Both the position numbers and the translations under genes were made by a program. DNA of 64,000 nt from a bacterium (GTDB taxonomy: Bacteria > Synergistota > GBS-1): assembly GCA_030153785.1 (NCBI GenBank), contig JASKLF010000001.1, positions 54,353 to 118,352 of the forward strand, given 5' to 3'. Numbering within the stretch: position 1 is the first letter of the stretch; each line of letters opens with the position of its first letter. Positions 39,355 through 53,769 of the stretch are shown here, piece by piece. Below the pieces are notes generated by a model that saw nothing but the letters and a program-made list of their open reading frames with translations, made no database searches and was not told where the DNA came from.

Positions 39355-40793
39355 CCTTGCAACTCCGTCTCAGTTTCAAAAGCTGAAGCAATTTTCAAAA
39401 GTCCAAACTCATCCAAAGCTCTTCCTATTAGCTGAATTCCGATAGGCAAATTTTCCTTGGAAAAACCGCCATTTATCGAAATAGCACAAATTCCCGCTAA
39501 GTTAACCGGAACGGTAAAAACATCTGAAAGATACATAAGTATGGGGTCCTCAATCTTCTCACCTAACTTAAAGGCAGGAGTTGGAGATGTAGGCGTTAAA
39601 ATATAGTCCACTTCCTTAAAGGCTTCATCAAAATCCGCTTTAACAAGCCTTCGAACCTTAAGGGCTTTAAGATAGAAAGCATCATAATACCCTGCGCTTA
39701 AAACATATGTTCCTATCATTATCCTTCTTTTTACCTCATCGCCAAATCCCTTTGTTCTGGTCTCAAGGTACATATCCCTTAAAGACTTGCCTTTTACTCT
39801 TAATCCATATTGAACTCCATCATATCTTGCCAAGTTAGAGCTTGCTTCAGCGGGAGCAATGATGTAATAAGTGGGAAGAGCATACTCCGTGTGAGGCAGG
39901 GATATCTCCTTTACCGTAGCACCAAGCTTCTCAAAAACTCGCTTCGAATTCTCCATAACCTCCGCCACCGAAGGGTCTAAAGATTCGCTAATATACTCTC
40001 TTGGAATGCCTATTTTTATGCCACTTAAATCATGATGCCTACATGCCTCAAGATAGTTCGGTAAATCTACCTTCAAAGAGGTTGAATCTTTTTCGTCTTT
40101 CCCAGCTATAACCTGAAGTAAGAGGGCACAATCTCTCACATCCTTGGTCATGGGCCCTATCTGATCCAGTGAAGATGCATAGGCTATAAGCCCATATCTC
40201 GATACCAAGCCATAGGTTGGTTTCAACCCCACTATTCCACAAAAAGCTGCAGGTTGCCTTACAGAACCTCCTGTATCAGAACCCAAAGCAAGAATTGTCT
40301 CTCCAGCAGCAACGGCAGCAGCCGAACCTCCGCTTGAGCCGCCAGGAACACGCTCCCTATCCCACGGATTCCTTGTAGGGCCGAAAGCGGAATTTTCCGT
40401 TGAGGAACCCATAGCAAACTCGTCGAGATTGGTCTTCCCTATTATTATCGCTCCCGCTCTCTTTACTCTCTCCACTACAGTAGCATCATAGGGTGGGTAA
40501 AATCCCTTCAAGATTTTCGATGCACAGGTTGTCTCTATTCCCTTCGTACACAGGATATCCTTTATAGCAATGGGAATACCTCCTAAAGGAAGATCCTCTC
40601 CCTTCTGTAACCTTGCTTTAATCTCCTTTGCCTGGTTGTAAGCCTCCTCTTTCAAAATCGTTATATAAGAATTAAGATCACGCTCCACTTCCTCTATTCT
40701 CTCGAAGACGGAGTCTAAGATATCTTCCGGAGAGATATCTCCTTTTCTTATTAATTCTTTAAGTTTCCATGCAGGCATATCACATAGCTCCAA
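39333..40793 (-). CDS. gatA: Asp/Glu-tRNA amidotransferase subunit A (amidase)
   Basis: Amidase signature [12 protein letters not shown]. The real start may be the internal M at about 40778. Confidence 0.95.
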   Translation of the reverse strand: MELCDMPAWKLKELIRKGDISPEDILDSVFERIEEVERDLNSYITILKEEAYNQAKEIKARLQKGEDLPLGGIPIAIKDILCTKGIETTCASKILKGFYPPYDATVVERVKRAGAIIIGKTNLDEFAMGSSTENSAFGPTRNPWDRERVPGGSSGGSAAAVAAGETILALGSDTGGSVRQPAAFCGIVGLKPTYGLVSRYGLIAYASSLDQIGPMTKDVRDCALLLQVIAGKDEKDSTSLKVDLPNYLEACRHHDLSGIKIGIPREYISESLDPSVAEVMENSKRVFEKLGATVKEISLPHTEYALPTYYIIAPAEASSNLARYDGVQYGLRVKGKSLRDMYLETRTKGFGDEVKRRIMIGTYVLSAGYYDAFYLKALKVRRLVKADFDEAFKEVDYILTPTSPTPAFKLGEKIEDPILMYLSDVFTVPVNLAGICAISINGGFSKENLPIGIQLIGRALDEFGLLKIASAFETETELQGCRPFGR

Positions 40794-40805
40794 AGCTATC
40801 CCTCC

Positions 40806-41093
40806 CTATTCGACTATTTTCGGAACCTTTACATAGCCTCCCTCTTCTTCCGGAGCCATAGATAGCACATCCCTTTGAGAAAGCCCCTTTTTAACTTCAT
40901 CCTCTCTCAAAGGAGTTGATTCTTCAATAACATGACTCAAAGGCTCTATATTCGCAGTATCAAGCTCCTGCAACTTAGCAAAGTATTCAAGTATCCTGCT
41001 AAAGTGTTTCAACATTTTCTCCTCTTCCTCTCCCTTCAGGTCCAGATAGGCCAATTTCATTATATGCTTCACATCTTTAATCGTAACTCTCAT
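40806..41093 (-). CDS. gatC: Asp/Glu-tRNA amidotransferase subunit C
   Basis: 95 aa, GatC family, upstream of gatA. Confidence 0.85.
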   Translation of the reverse strand: MRVTIKDVKHIMKLAYLDLKGEEEEKMLKHFSRILEYFAKLQELDTANIEPLSHVIEESTPLREDEVKKGLSQRDVLSMAPEEEGGYVKVPKIVE

Positions 41094-41107
41094 AAATAGC
41101 TACCCCC

Positions 41108-44652
<3,545 letters not shown>

Positions 44653-44666
<14 letters not shown>

Positions 44667-45609
44667 CTTTACTCCCCCCTATCTTTGACCTTACGGAATT
44701 TAAGACATCTATTATACCTGCGAGACTATCGAGCCTAAGGAGATAACCCCTAAGCCACCCTGCCCCCCTCATTTCTCTTAAGACCCATGGAAGCAACGCC
44801 TTAACATATTTTGCGCCTTTCTCATCATTATAAATACCTCTAACTTTAGCACAAAATTTCAATAGCCACTCTATTTTATCCAAAGAAGTCTCTTTCCGAT
44901 AAAAACCTCTGCTCTCCAGTTCCCTTATCTGTCTAACGATAAATGGGTTCTTAAGCGCACCCGTTGCAAGCATAATACCATCGCACTTGGTATACTCAAA
45001 CATCCTAAGAGCATCCTCCGCCTTTTCCACTCCCCCATTTCCTATTATAGGAACTCCAACCTCTTCCTTTAAAAGCCTTATGCTTTCCCAGTCCGCCACT
45101 CCAGAATAACCATCCTCGACATACCTTGCATGAAGGGTTATCCAAGCAACCCCTTCTCTTTCAAGCTCCTTCGCCAATCTCAAGAAAACATCTTTTCCCT
45201 TCCAGCCTTTCCTAATCTTGGCACTCACTGGAATTGAAACCTTTTCCCTAACCCTACTGAAAATATTTATGGCCTTATTTATATCTAAAAGGAGTGCCGC
45301 TCCTCCACCGCTTTTTACGATCTTCCTCGCAGGACAGCCCATATTTATATCTATGCTGGAAGCCCCCCATTTCTCCGCTATTTTAGCACCTTCAGCCATT
45401 CTCTCCGGATCTCCACCTACAAGCTGAACGCCTACGAAACCTTCATCGCGACCGATATCTATCAAGCTTAACGCCTTAGCATCCTGACAGGTAAGCGCTA
45501 TTCCGCTTATCATTTCCGTATGCGCGTAATTAACGCCATCCTCCCAAAAAAGACTCCTAAAGGGATATTTCGTTATCCCAGCGATTGGAGCTAAAAATAG
45601 CCTTATCAT
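44653..45609 (-). CDS. tRNA-dihydrouridine synthase
   Basis: N-terminus LAPIAGITKYPFR, a TIM-barrel Dus family signature. Confidence 0.85.
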
Positions 45610-46370
45610 GCATTTCTCTCGTATATTATCCTAAGCCCCTCCAAGGTCAGCCATGGATTAACAAGATTTATTTCTTTAGACTCCTCGGCAACTAAGTCTA
45701 TCAAACCTCCCGTGGCCACGACAAAGCTGTGCTCTCCTATCTCTCTTTTAATTCTTCTAACCATACCATCTATCATAGAGGCATAGCCGTATATCAAACC
45801 TGACTGGATATTTTCCTCTGTGGTTTTTCCTATAGAGGACATGGGTTTCCTTAATTCCACCTTAGGGAGCAATGCCGTTTTGGAAAACAATGCTTCTGAA
45901 GCAATCTTAATCCCGGGGAAAATTGCTCCCCCAAGCCAGTTACCCTCTTCATCTATCGCACACCAGGTCAGCGCCGTTCCCATATCAACAACTATTACGG
46001 GAGCACCGTATAGAAAAAAAGCCCCCACAGCGTTAGCTATTCTATCAGCTCCAACGCTTGCAGGATTATCAACCGCAAGCTTTATCCCCAAATCAAGTTT
46101 ATAGGAAACCCATAAAATTCTATGAGCCAGCATTTCCTTAACTACCTTCGTTATAGGCTCCACCAACGGAGGAACAACGCTTGCCCCAACTACTCCATTT
46201 ATTTCGGTGGGATCTATCTTGGACATTCTCAATATGGAGTCTAATAAAATTGCATATTCATCCTTTGTTTTGTCCCTATCGGTAGCCAAGCGCCAAGCTC
46301 TTAAAAGCTCGCTATCTTTATAAAACCCAATAACAATATCAGTATTACCCACATCTAAAGTTAAAAGCAT
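45606..46370 (-). CDS. coaX: Type III pantothenate kinase
   Basis: MLLTLDVGNTDIVIG N-terminus. GGAGGG RBS before the ATG at about 46370. The track's 46424 start adds 18 unlikely residues. Confidence 0.85.
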   Translation of the reverse strand: MLLTLDVGNTDIVIGFYKDSELLRAWRLATDRDKTKDEYAILLDSILRMSKIDPTEINGVVGASVVPPLVEPITKVVKEMLAHRILWVSYKLDLGIKLAVDNPASVGADRIANAVGAFFLYGAPVIVVDMGTALTWCAIDEEGNWLGGAIFPGIKIASEALFSKTALLPKVELRKPMSSIGKTTEENIQSGLIYGYASMIDGMVRRIKREIGEHSFVVATGGLIDLVAEESKEINLVNPWLTLEGLRIIYERNA

Positions 46371-46556
46371 ATGCTTCCCTCCTTGTAGAAAAAAGCAATC
46401 TAAACTAAATTTTAGAGTTACCACTAAAATGTGTCAAGAAAATAAGCTAAAGATGGGATAATTACTTTTCAGAGCTTGACAAAACGAATCATAAAATGAT
46501 ACACTTGCCATGGGAATGTTGAAACATCATTTTGAAGGAAAGAGAGGTGACTTTTC

Positions 46557-47819
46557 TTGGGCAGGACGATAGTTGAAAAGATTCTTCAAGCGCACACAAA
46601 CGACGAAGTTAAACCTGACAGGCTCATTGAAGCAAAAGTAGACTTTGCCTTCGCAAATGATATTACAGCTCCCCTCGCCATAGAAGACTTTAAACTCATG
46701 GGGGCTAAAAAGGTCTTTGACCCGGAAAGAATAGCCCTAATTCCAGACCACTTTACGCCTAACAAGGATGTCAAGTCTGCCGAACAGGCAAAGATAATGA
46801 AGGAATTTGCAAAAGAATTTGGAATCAAATATTACTTTGAGATTGGACGAGGAGGAATAGAGCATGTTCTTCTACATGAAGAGGGGCTAACACTACCAGG
46901 TGACATCATTATAGGAGCAGACTCTCATACGTGCACCTATGGAGCCCTTGGATGCTTCGCTACCGGAGTTGGTAGCACTGATCTCGCAGCAGCCTGGGCT
47001 TTAGGAAAGCTTTGGTTTAAGGTTCCGCGAACGATAAAGTTTAATTACAAAGGTAAACTTAGAAAATGGGTAGGAGGAAAGGATCTCATACTTTTCACAA
47101 TAGGACAAATAGGTGTCGACGGGGCGCTATATAGAGCAATGGAGTTCTCGGGAGAAGTTATAAGGAACCTACCGATGGACGACCGCTTTACCATGTGTAA
47201 CATGGCAATTGAAGCTGGAGCAAAGTGCGGAATAATAGAACCTGATGAGAAAACAATAGAATATGTAAAAGGGAGGGCAAAAAGAGAATACAAGATCTTT
47301 AATAGCGACCCTGATGCAGAATATGAAAAGATATACGAGTGGGACGTAAGCGAGCTTGAACCTCAGGTTGCCTTACCCCATTTACCATCTAACGTCAAAG
47401 GAGTAAGCGGAGTCAAGGGCGTTAAAGTTGATCAAGTTGTTATAGGTTCATGCACCAACGGGAGGCTTAGAGATTTAGCTATAGCAGCAGAAATACTAAA
47501 AGGGAAGAAGGTCCATCCCGACGTTAGGGTAATAATTTTCCCTGGGACTCAAAAGGTTTACATGGAAGCGATGAAACTGGGATACATACAAACATTTATA
47601 GAAAGCGGAGCAGCAGTATCAACTCCTACATGCGGTCCCTGTTTAGGGGGACATATGGGAGTCTTAGCAAAGGGAGAAATCTGCGTATCCACCACCAATA
47701 GGAACTTTATCGGAAGGATGGGACACAAAGAGAGTTATGTTTACTTAGCCTCTCCAGCGGTAGCTGCTGCAAGCGCCATAGCCGGTGAAATAGTAAGTCC
47801 AGAAGAGGTGATGAAGTGA
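46557..47819 (+). CDS. leuC: 3-isopropylmalate (or homo/citramalate-type) dehydratase large subunit
   Basis: Aconitase-family protein with Cys ligands (CTNGRL, CGPCLG) and LeuC size. TTG start. Confidence 0.85.
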   Translation: MGRTIVEKILQAHTNDEVKPDRLIEAKVDFAFANDITAPLAIEDFKLMGAKKVFDPERIALIPDHFTPNKDVKSAEQAKIMKEFAKEFGIKYYFEIGRGGIEHVLLHEEGLTLPGDIIIGADSHTCTYGALGCFATGVGSTDLAAAWALGKLWFKVPRTIKFNYKGKLRKWVGGKDLILFTIGQIGVDGALYRAMEFSGEVIRNLPMDDRFTMCNMAIEAGAKCGIIEPDEKTIEYVKGRAKREYKIFNSDPDAEYEKIYEWDVSELEPQVALPHLPSNVKGVSGVKGVKVDQVVIGSCTNGRLRDLAIAAEILKGKKVHPDVRVIIFPGTQKVYMEAMKLGYIQTFIESGAAVSTPTCGPCLGGHMGVLAKGEICVSTTNRNFIGRMGHKESYVYLASPAVAAASAIAGEIVSPEEVMK

Positions 47820-48313
47820 TGATCAAGGGTAAGGCGTGGAAGTTTGGAAATGATATAGATACGGACGTAATAATTCCCGCTGTATATCTTAACACAACGA
47901 ACCCTGAAGAACTTGCCATGCATTGCTTTGAACCCATACTTCCGAATTTCAAGGAAAAAGTAAATAAAGGGGATATCATCGTTGCAGGTAAAAACTTTGG
48001 ATGCGGAAGCTCCAGACAACATGCCCCTATCGCAATAAAAGCTTGTGGCATCTCATGTGTAATAGCTTCCTCTTTTGCAAGAATATTTTTCAGAAATGCA
48101 ATAAACATAGGATTACCAATATTAGAGTGTGAAGAAGCATCGGAAAAGACGGACAACGGAGATGAACTAGAGGTTGACCTGGAAAAAGGTATCATAAGAA
48201 ACCTAACGAAAGGGATAGAGTTTAAAGCAGAACCCCTTCCAGAATCGATACTTCAGATACTTTCAAGCGGTGGACTTGTAGAATATGTAAAGAAAAGGCT
48301 TGGAGGTGAATAA
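47816..48313 (+). CDS. leuD: 3-isopropylmalate dehydratase small subunit
   Basis: 165 aa, LeuD-type swivel domain. Its start overlaps the leuC stop. Confidence 0.85.
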   Translation: MMIKGKAWKFGNDIDTDVIIPAVYLNTTNPEELAMHCFEPILPNFKEKVNKGDIIVAGKNFGCGSSRQHAPIAIKACGISCVIASSFARIFFRNAINIGLPILECEEASEKTDNGDELEVDLEKGIIRNLTKGIEFKAEPLPESILQILSSGGLVEYVKKRLGGE

Positions 48314-48316
48314 AGG

Positions 48317-49444
48317 TTGTATAAGGTTGCTGTTATCCCGGGCGACGGCATAGGTGAAGAGGTAATAAAAGAAGGAGTAAAGGTGCTTGACGCTGCAGCG
48401 AGGAAATACGGATTTTCAATCGAATGGGTATGGTACCCATGGGGAGCAGACCACTACCTAAAAACCGGAGAGCTTCTACCTGATAGTGCCATCGAGGAAA
48501 TGAAGGAGATGGATGCCATATACCTTGGAGCAGTTGGAGATCCCAGGGTTCCCCCTGGCATTTTAGAAAAGGAAATCCTTCTTAAGCTCAGATTTGAGCT
48601 CGACCTTTATGTAAACCTGCGTCCAATAAAGCTTCTCCCGGGAGTGCCTACTCCTCTAAAGGACAAAGGACCCGAACACATAAACTTCTATGTGGTCAGA
48701 GAAAACACCGAAGATTTCTATGTGGGGCTTGGAGATCGTTGGAAAGGTTCAAGAAGAGAAACATCTTTTGATCTTAAGAGAAATCTTTATAGGGCCAAAA
48801 TAGATGTATCTGTAAACATAGAACCTGACGATGAATACGCATTCCAGATAGGCGTAAATTCAAGAAAGGGTTGTGAAAGAATAATAAGATACGCCTTCGA
48901 GCTCGCTAAGAAAAAAGGTTTAAACAAGGTAACCGCCGTAGACAAAGCAAATGTATTAACAAATGTATATTCCCTCTGGAGAGATGTTTTCGAAAAAGTG
49001 GGTAGCGAATACCCAGACATAGAAAAAGAATACGCCTTTGTAGACGCTATAACTATGTGGATGGTAAAAACCCCAGAAAACTACAGGGTTATAGTAACTC
49101 CCAATATGTTCGGTGACATAATAACCGATCTCGGAGCAATGATACAAGGTGGTCTTGGTTTAGCAGCTGGTGGAAACATAAACCCCGGTAACGTTTCCAT
49201 GTTTGAACCTATTCATGGCTCGGCTCCCAAGTATAAAGGAACTGGGAAGGCAAACCCCCTCGCTACGATAATGGCGGGGGCAATGCTTCTTGAACATATA
49301 GGCGAAGATGAAGCAGCGAAAGCCGTAGAAACTGCCGTAGGAAAGGCATTGGTTGAAGGAAGGATAAAAACTTACGATCTCGGCGGAGAAACAAAAACAT
49401 GGGAAGTAGGAGATATATTAGTTAAAATGATAGAGGAGGGCTAA
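48317..49444 (+). CDS. leuB: 3-isopropylmalate dehydrogenase (isocitrate/isopropylmalate dehydrogenase family)
   Basis: 375 aa with N-terminal [11 protein letters not shown] and an NLRP substrate-binding motif. Context with leuCD. Confidence 0.8.
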   Translation: MYKVAVIPGDGIGEEVIKEGVKVLDAAARKYGFSIEWVWYPWGADHYLKTGELLPDSAIEEMKEMDAIYLGAVGDPRVPPGILEKEILLKLRFELDLYVNLRPIKLLPGVPTPLKDKGPEHINFYVVRENTEDFYVGLGDRWKGSRRETSFDLKRNLYRAKIDVSVNIEPDDEYAFQIGVNSRKGCERIIRYAFELAKKKGLNKVTAVDKANVLTNVYSLWRDVFEKVGSEYPDIEKEYAFVDAITMWMVKTPENYRVIVTPNMFGDIITDLGAMIQGGLGLAAGGNINPGNVSMFEPIHGSAPKYKGTGKANPLATIMAGAMLLEHIGEDEAAKAVETAVGKALVEGRIKTYDLGGETKTWEVGDILVKMIEEG

Positions 49445-49974
49445 AAGGCCCTCCTCCTCTTAATCACGTAAAAAATAATTAAAATTCCTCCTAAAAGGGT
49501 TGCCCCTGCTCCAAACTCATGAGAATACCTTTGAATAAGCTCTCTATTATCCCCTACGTAGTAGCCAATAACAGCGAGAACAACAACCCAAAAACCCGCC
49601 CCCAAAATGGTATAGAAGGTGAAAGGCAGAGGCTTCATCTTGGCTACACCCGCAGGCAAAGAGATATACTGTCTCACCACGGGAACAAGCCTACCTATAA
49701 AGGTGCTTATCCCGCCATACTTATTAAAGAAAGCTTCTGCCTTTTTAAAACTATCCTCGGAGATCATCAAATATTTACCATATCTCACCAAGAAAGGCCT
49801 ACCAAGCTTATATCCCAAAAGGTAATTGAACCATGCACCTACAAGGCTACCCAAAGTTCCGGAAAGGATGACGAGTTTGAAATCCATCTTCCCCTGTGAA
49901 GCCAGATAAGCTGCAGGAGGAACTACTACTTCACTCGGAAAAGGAAAACATGAAGATTCCAAAGCCATCAACAA
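49441..49974 (-). CDS. DedA-family (SNARE-associated) membrane protein
   Basis: LMALESSCFPFPSEVVVPPAAYLASQGK...GRLVPVVRQYISLPAGVAKM matches the DedA core. TTG start. The N-terminus is uncertain. Confidence 0.8.
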   Translation of the reverse strand: MLMALESSCFPFPSEVVVPPAAYLASQGKMDFKLVILSGTLGSLVGAWFNYLLGYKLGRPFLVRYGKYLMISEDSFKKAEAFFNKYGGISTFIGRLVPVVRQYISLPAGVAKMKPLPFTFYTILGAGFWVVVLAVIGYYVGDNRELIQRYSHEFGAGATLLGGILIIFYVIKRRRAF

Positions 49975-50050
49975 AAAGACACCCCAATATCCCCATTCAT
50001 AAATTAACGAAGAAAATCTCTCCAGCAGGTTATAAAAAAGGTCTACTATA

Positions 50051-50923
50051 TTACCTTAAAGCCTCCTCCTTAGGGACTATAACTCTCAGATTAGTAAACT
50101 TCACCTTAAGGCTCCCCATTGCTATAATGCCTATGCCACCAGATGAAAGAGATGTATCTCTAACATCAAATATCTTTTTCTCTCCCTCTCCCGGCACGAG
50201 AACATAGCAAGATATCCTGTTGCCTTTGACAACTACCTTCATAGAGCTAAAGCTTAAAGGCCCCTGAGTCCAGTCCTTTATAACCCTCGGCTTGTCATTA
50301 TGCAAGACTTGAAGGGAAAAGGTACCATCTCCTCGATGAAGGAACATATAGAAGTTATTTAAATCTCTGACCCTGAAAAGCAAGCCGTAGATAAGCCAAG
50401 GTCCACTATAACCACTTTCTTTAACAGCTATATCAGCAACATAAGTATAGTCAGGATATCTTTCCATATAAGGCTGGACATTCGCTGGGATACATAAAGC
50501 AGTTAAATCTTTCCGCTCCATCTGAATATAAAGCCCATCATTTGCCACATAAATTTTCCTTTCATAGGTATCCACATGAGGCCATCCATTTCTATTATCG
50601 CTAAAGTCTTCATAAAGAAACTGAAGATCCGGTAATGACTCTATTTCTTCCTCAGTTATTTCACCATCCAAAGCCAAATTAAAAAACTTATGTTGAAGCT
50701 TTGGATCTACCTGAGCTATATAGTTTATATAAATCCTTTCAAGGTCATCAAGCTCTCTATCTTCGCCAAGCTTCTTAATAAAGGAAAATACCTCTGGATT
50801 CGGTTCTCTCTGACCGGCGAAAACACTCTGCGCGTAATTTAAAGCGGGATTTCCCACCGCCCAAGCGACTGAAAACAACACCAAAAGTGCACAAACCATT
50901 ACAAAAACCCTAATTCCCCGCAC
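50051..50923 (-). CDS. Hypothetical exported protein with signal peptide
   Basis: 290 aa with an N-terminal hydrophobic leader (VFVMVCALLVLFSVAWA). No recognisable domain. Confidence 0.5.
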   Translation of the reverse strand: MRGIRVFVMVCALLVLFSVAWAVGNPALNYAQSVFAGQREPNPEVFSFIKKLGEDRELDDLERIYINYIAQVDPKLQHKFFNLALDGEITEEEIESLPDLQFLYEDFSDNRNGWPHVDTYERKIYVANDGLYIQMERKDLTALCIPANVQPYMERYPDYTYVADIAVKESGYSGPWLIYGLLFRVRDLNNFYMFLHRGDGTFSLQVLHNDKPRVIKDWTQGPLSFSSMKVVVKGNRISCYVLVPGEGEKKIFDVRDTSLSSGGIGIIAMGSLKVKFTNLRVIVPKEEALR

Positions 50924-50996
50924 AACAACTACACCTCCTTTCTATGTGCTATTATAACATAAATTAACTTAAAATCTTCTCATAAAGGCATATCTG

Positions 50997-51005
50997 TGGT
51001 ATTAT
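50997..51005 (+). promoter_or_regulatory. Extended -10 element (TGgTATTAT) upstream of the thr-operon leader gene. A second TGcTATTAT lies at about 50948-50956.
   Basis: Two TGnTATTAT motifs in the 123-bp divergent intergenic region. An AAGGGGTG RBS precedes the ATG at 51047. Confidence 0.45.
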
Positions 51006-51046
51006 TTATTAAACGCAAATCTCCTTAAAAGGGGTGAATATCAAAG

Positions 51047-51778
51047 ATGAAAAAGGCTTTGTTTGTCTTAAAGTCACGGGAGGCTAAAAGGTTAATAGCA
51101 AAGGCTGTCGCAAATTTGCCTGAAGTTAAAAGGGCTCTTGAAGAAGGATACATAGTGATAAACCCCGGATCTACAAATGGATACGTAGCAGAAGAAATAC
51201 TGGGAAGGGAAATAGAAAAAGATCGATTCATGATTGGTTACATCGAAGACGGCAAACTTTGCATAAACCCGCCAGAAAGGAGATTACCACCTATTATACT
51301 TTACAAGGGCAAGGAAGTTGATGAACCTTATGATAGTGTTTTAGACAAGTTAGGGAAAAACGATGTAATGATAAAGGGAGCAAATGCCATAGATTTTGAA
51401 GGTAATGTGGGAATAATGCTTGGAAATAAAGTGGGAGGAACCATAGGGAAAATAATAGGTCCTGTAATCTCAAGAGGGGTAAAACTGATAATCCCAGTGA
51501 GCCTGGAAAAATTAATCCCATCAGTAAAGCTTGCATCATCCGTACTGGGGATAGAGGAGCTTGACTACTCAGACGGTCTTAAAATAGGACTTATGCCTGT
51601 GGCTTATGGAAAAGTTATCACCGAAATAGAAGCCTTCTTCATACTTGCAAACGTAGAGGCCTTCTTAGTAGCAAAAGGTGGAATTAACGACTCGCAAGGT
51701 GCTTCAACCATAGCCGTTTGGGGCGAAGATAAGGATGTAGAAAAGGCCATTGAGATAGTGAATAATCTAAAGGAGTAG
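51047..51778 (+). CDS. Conserved hypothetical soluble protein, Gly-rich, heading the threonine operon
   Basis: 243 aa with a strong RBS and no motif I can assign. There is a 9-nt gap to thrC. Confidence 0.6.
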   Translation: MKKALFVLKSREAKRLIAKAVANLPEVKRALEEGYIVINPGSTNGYVAEEILGREIEKDRFMIGYIEDGKLCINPPERRLPPIILYKGKEVDEPYDSVLDKLGKNDVMIKGANAIDFEGNVGIMLGNKVGGTIGKIIGPVISRGVKLIIPVSLEKLIPSVKLASSVLGIEELDYSDGLKIGLMPVAYGKVITEIEAFFILANVEAFLVAKGGINDSQGASTIAVWGEDKDVEKAIEIVNNLKE

Positions 51779-51787
51779 GGATAGACC

Positions 51788-52843
51788 ATGGACTCGGAAG
51801 GTGTGATGCGAAAGTGGCGTGATTTTCTGCCTATCACGGATAAAACGCCCATCATCACCTTAGGAGAAGGAAATACTCCACTAATAAGAGCAAGGAACAT
51901 TGAAAAAGAATACAATTTGAATTTCGAACTTTACCTAAAATACGAAGGGACAAACCCAACGGGTTCGTTTAAAGACAGAGGAATGGTAATGGCGGTAGCA
52001 AAAGCCTTAGAAGAGGAAGCAATTGCAGTAGCGTGCGCATCCACAGGTAATACGTCAGCTTCCGCAGCGGCCTATGCAGCGAGAACGGGGCTAAAATGTA
52101 TAGTTATAATCCCTAAAAACGCTATCGCATTAGGGAAACTGGCACAAGCTTTGGCAGCGGGAGCAACCGTAATAGCGATAGACGGCAACTTCGACGATGG
52201 ATTAAGGATAATAAGAGAGTTGACCCAGAGATACCCAATAACCCTTGTAAACTCGCTAAATCCATATAGACTTGAAGGACAAAAAACGGCCGCATTTGAA
52301 ATCTGCGAAACCTTAGGAGAAGCGCCAGACTACTTAGCAATACCGGTAGGTAATGCGGGAAATATTAGTGCCTATGGGATGGGCTTCAAGGAGTTTCAAA
52401 AAATAGGAAAGATAACGAAGACACCCAAACTGTTAGGATTCCAAGCAGAAGGAGCGGCTCCAATAGTTGAAAATAGGGTTATCAGGAATCCGGAGACCAT
52501 AGCAACAGCAATAAGGATAGGCAACCCAGCTCACTGGCAGAGAGCGGTAAACACGGTAAAAGAGCTGGGAGGAGGGTTTTATAAAGTATCGGATGAGGAA
52601 ATCTTAGAAGCCTATAAAATAGTCGTGAGAAGCGAAGGTATATTTGCCGAACCTGCTTCAGCGGCATCACTCGCGGGAGTTCTGAAGTTAAGCAAAGACA
52701 AGTTTTTCCCAGACGGTGCAAAAGTCGTAAGCGTTTTAACGGGACACGGGTTAAAAGACCCGAATATTGCAATAAATCTGGTGGGAGAACCACCTTCCTG
52801 CCCTCCTCTTCTGGAGGAGGTGATAAAGATAGCGAAGCTTTAG
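51788..52843 (+). CDS. thrC: Threonine synthase
   Basis: PLP fold-type II. The PLP lysine lies in [10 protein letters not shown]. Confidence 0.9.
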   Translation: MDSEGVMRKWRDFLPITDKTPIITLGEGNTPLIRARNIEKEYNLNFELYLKYEGTNPTGSFKDRGMVMAVAKALEEEAIAVACASTGNTSASAAAYAARTGLKCIVIIPKNAIALGKLAQALAAGATVIAIDGNFDDGLRIIRELTQRYPITLVNSLNPYRLEGQKTAAFEICETLGEAPDYLAIPVGNAGNISAYGMGFKEFQKIGKITKTPKLLGFQAEGAAPIVENRVIRNPETIATAIRIGNPAHWQRAVNTVKELGGGFYKVSDEEILEAYKIVVRSEGIFAEPASAASLAGVLKLSKDKFFPDGAKVVSVLTGHGLKDPNIAINLVGEPPSCPPLLEEVIKIAKL

Positions 52844-52859
52844 GAGGTGATACTTAGAG

Positions 52860-53768
52860 TTGATAAGAGTAAGGGTGCCAGCAACCTCTGCTAATTTAGG
52901 GCCAGGATTCGATATTATTGGGACAGCTTGGAATATTCACAACATATTCGAATGTGAGGAGATTGAAGAAGGTTTGGAAATCAATGTCGAGGGAACCTCA
53001 GACATAACGAAGGGAGAGGACAACGCTGTATATAAGGCCTTCAAAAAAGCCTTCGAATATAAGAAAGAAGAACCACCAAAAGGTATAAGAATAAACATAA
53101 AGGTGAATGTCCCCACAAAACGAGGGTTAGGGTCAAGCGCAACAGCCTATATAGGTGGATTGCTCTTAGCCAATAGGTTTTTAAGCAGACCGCTTAAAAG
53201 AAGGGAGCTCCTCTCCCTCGCGGTTGAACTTGAGGGGCATCCAGATAATGTTTATCCAGCATTCTTTGGAGGAATCACTTTGGCCTACAACAAGGAAAAT
53301 AATGTGGAGCCTTACAGGCTTCGAGTAAGAGGATTCCCCGCAGAAACCTTCGTCCTTGTTCCTCCTTTTGTGGTTCCCACAGAGGAAGCCAGAAAGGTCC
53401 TCCCCAAAAGCTATTCAAAAGAAGAGGTAATATTTAATATGCGTCAGGTCAGCCTACTAATTACGGCCCTTGAAGAAAGGGAACCCGAACTTTTAAGATG
53501 GGCCTTCGAAGATAGAATTCACCAACCATATAGAGCCCCTCTCGTCCCAGGGATGTATGAGCTCTTTGAAGAATCCATAAGGTTAGGTGCTTACGGAGGG
53601 GTTTTAAGCGGAGCAGGACCAAGTCTTCTATTCTTCACCCCCTTAGGGAAAGGAAGAAGTATAGCCTCAAAGTTAGCTGAAAAATGGAGCAATATCCTTA
53701 ATGATGAGGTAAAAATAATAATCACTGACATAGATTATAGAGGAGCAATTGTAATGGAGGTATCCTAA
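52860..53768 (+). CDS. thrB: Homoserine kinase (GHMP kinase)
   Basis: PATSANLGPGFD GHMP motif. TTG start. Confidence 0.9.
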   Translation: MIRVRVPATSANLGPGFDIIGTAWNIHNIFECEEIEEGLEINVEGTSDITKGEDNAVYKAFKKAFEYKKEEPPKGIRINIKVNVPTKRGLGSSATAYIGGLLLANRFLSRPLKRRELLSLAVELEGHPDNVYPAFFGGITLAYNKENNVEPYRLRVRGFPAETFVLVPPFVVPTEEARKVLPKSYSKEEVIFNMRQVSLLITALEEREPELLRWAFEDRIHQPYRAPLVPGMYELFEESIRLGAYGGVLSGAGPSLLFFTPLGKGRSIASKLAEKWSNILNDEVKIIITDIDYRGAIVMEVS

Positions 53769-53769
53769 G

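Noticed and set aside
46425-46556. Possible T-box or attenuator leader upstream of leuC
   Set aside because: The intergenic region is only 132 bp and is shared with the divergent coaX promoter. That is too short for a T-box (over 200 nt), and no specifier/antiterminator-like structure is seen.
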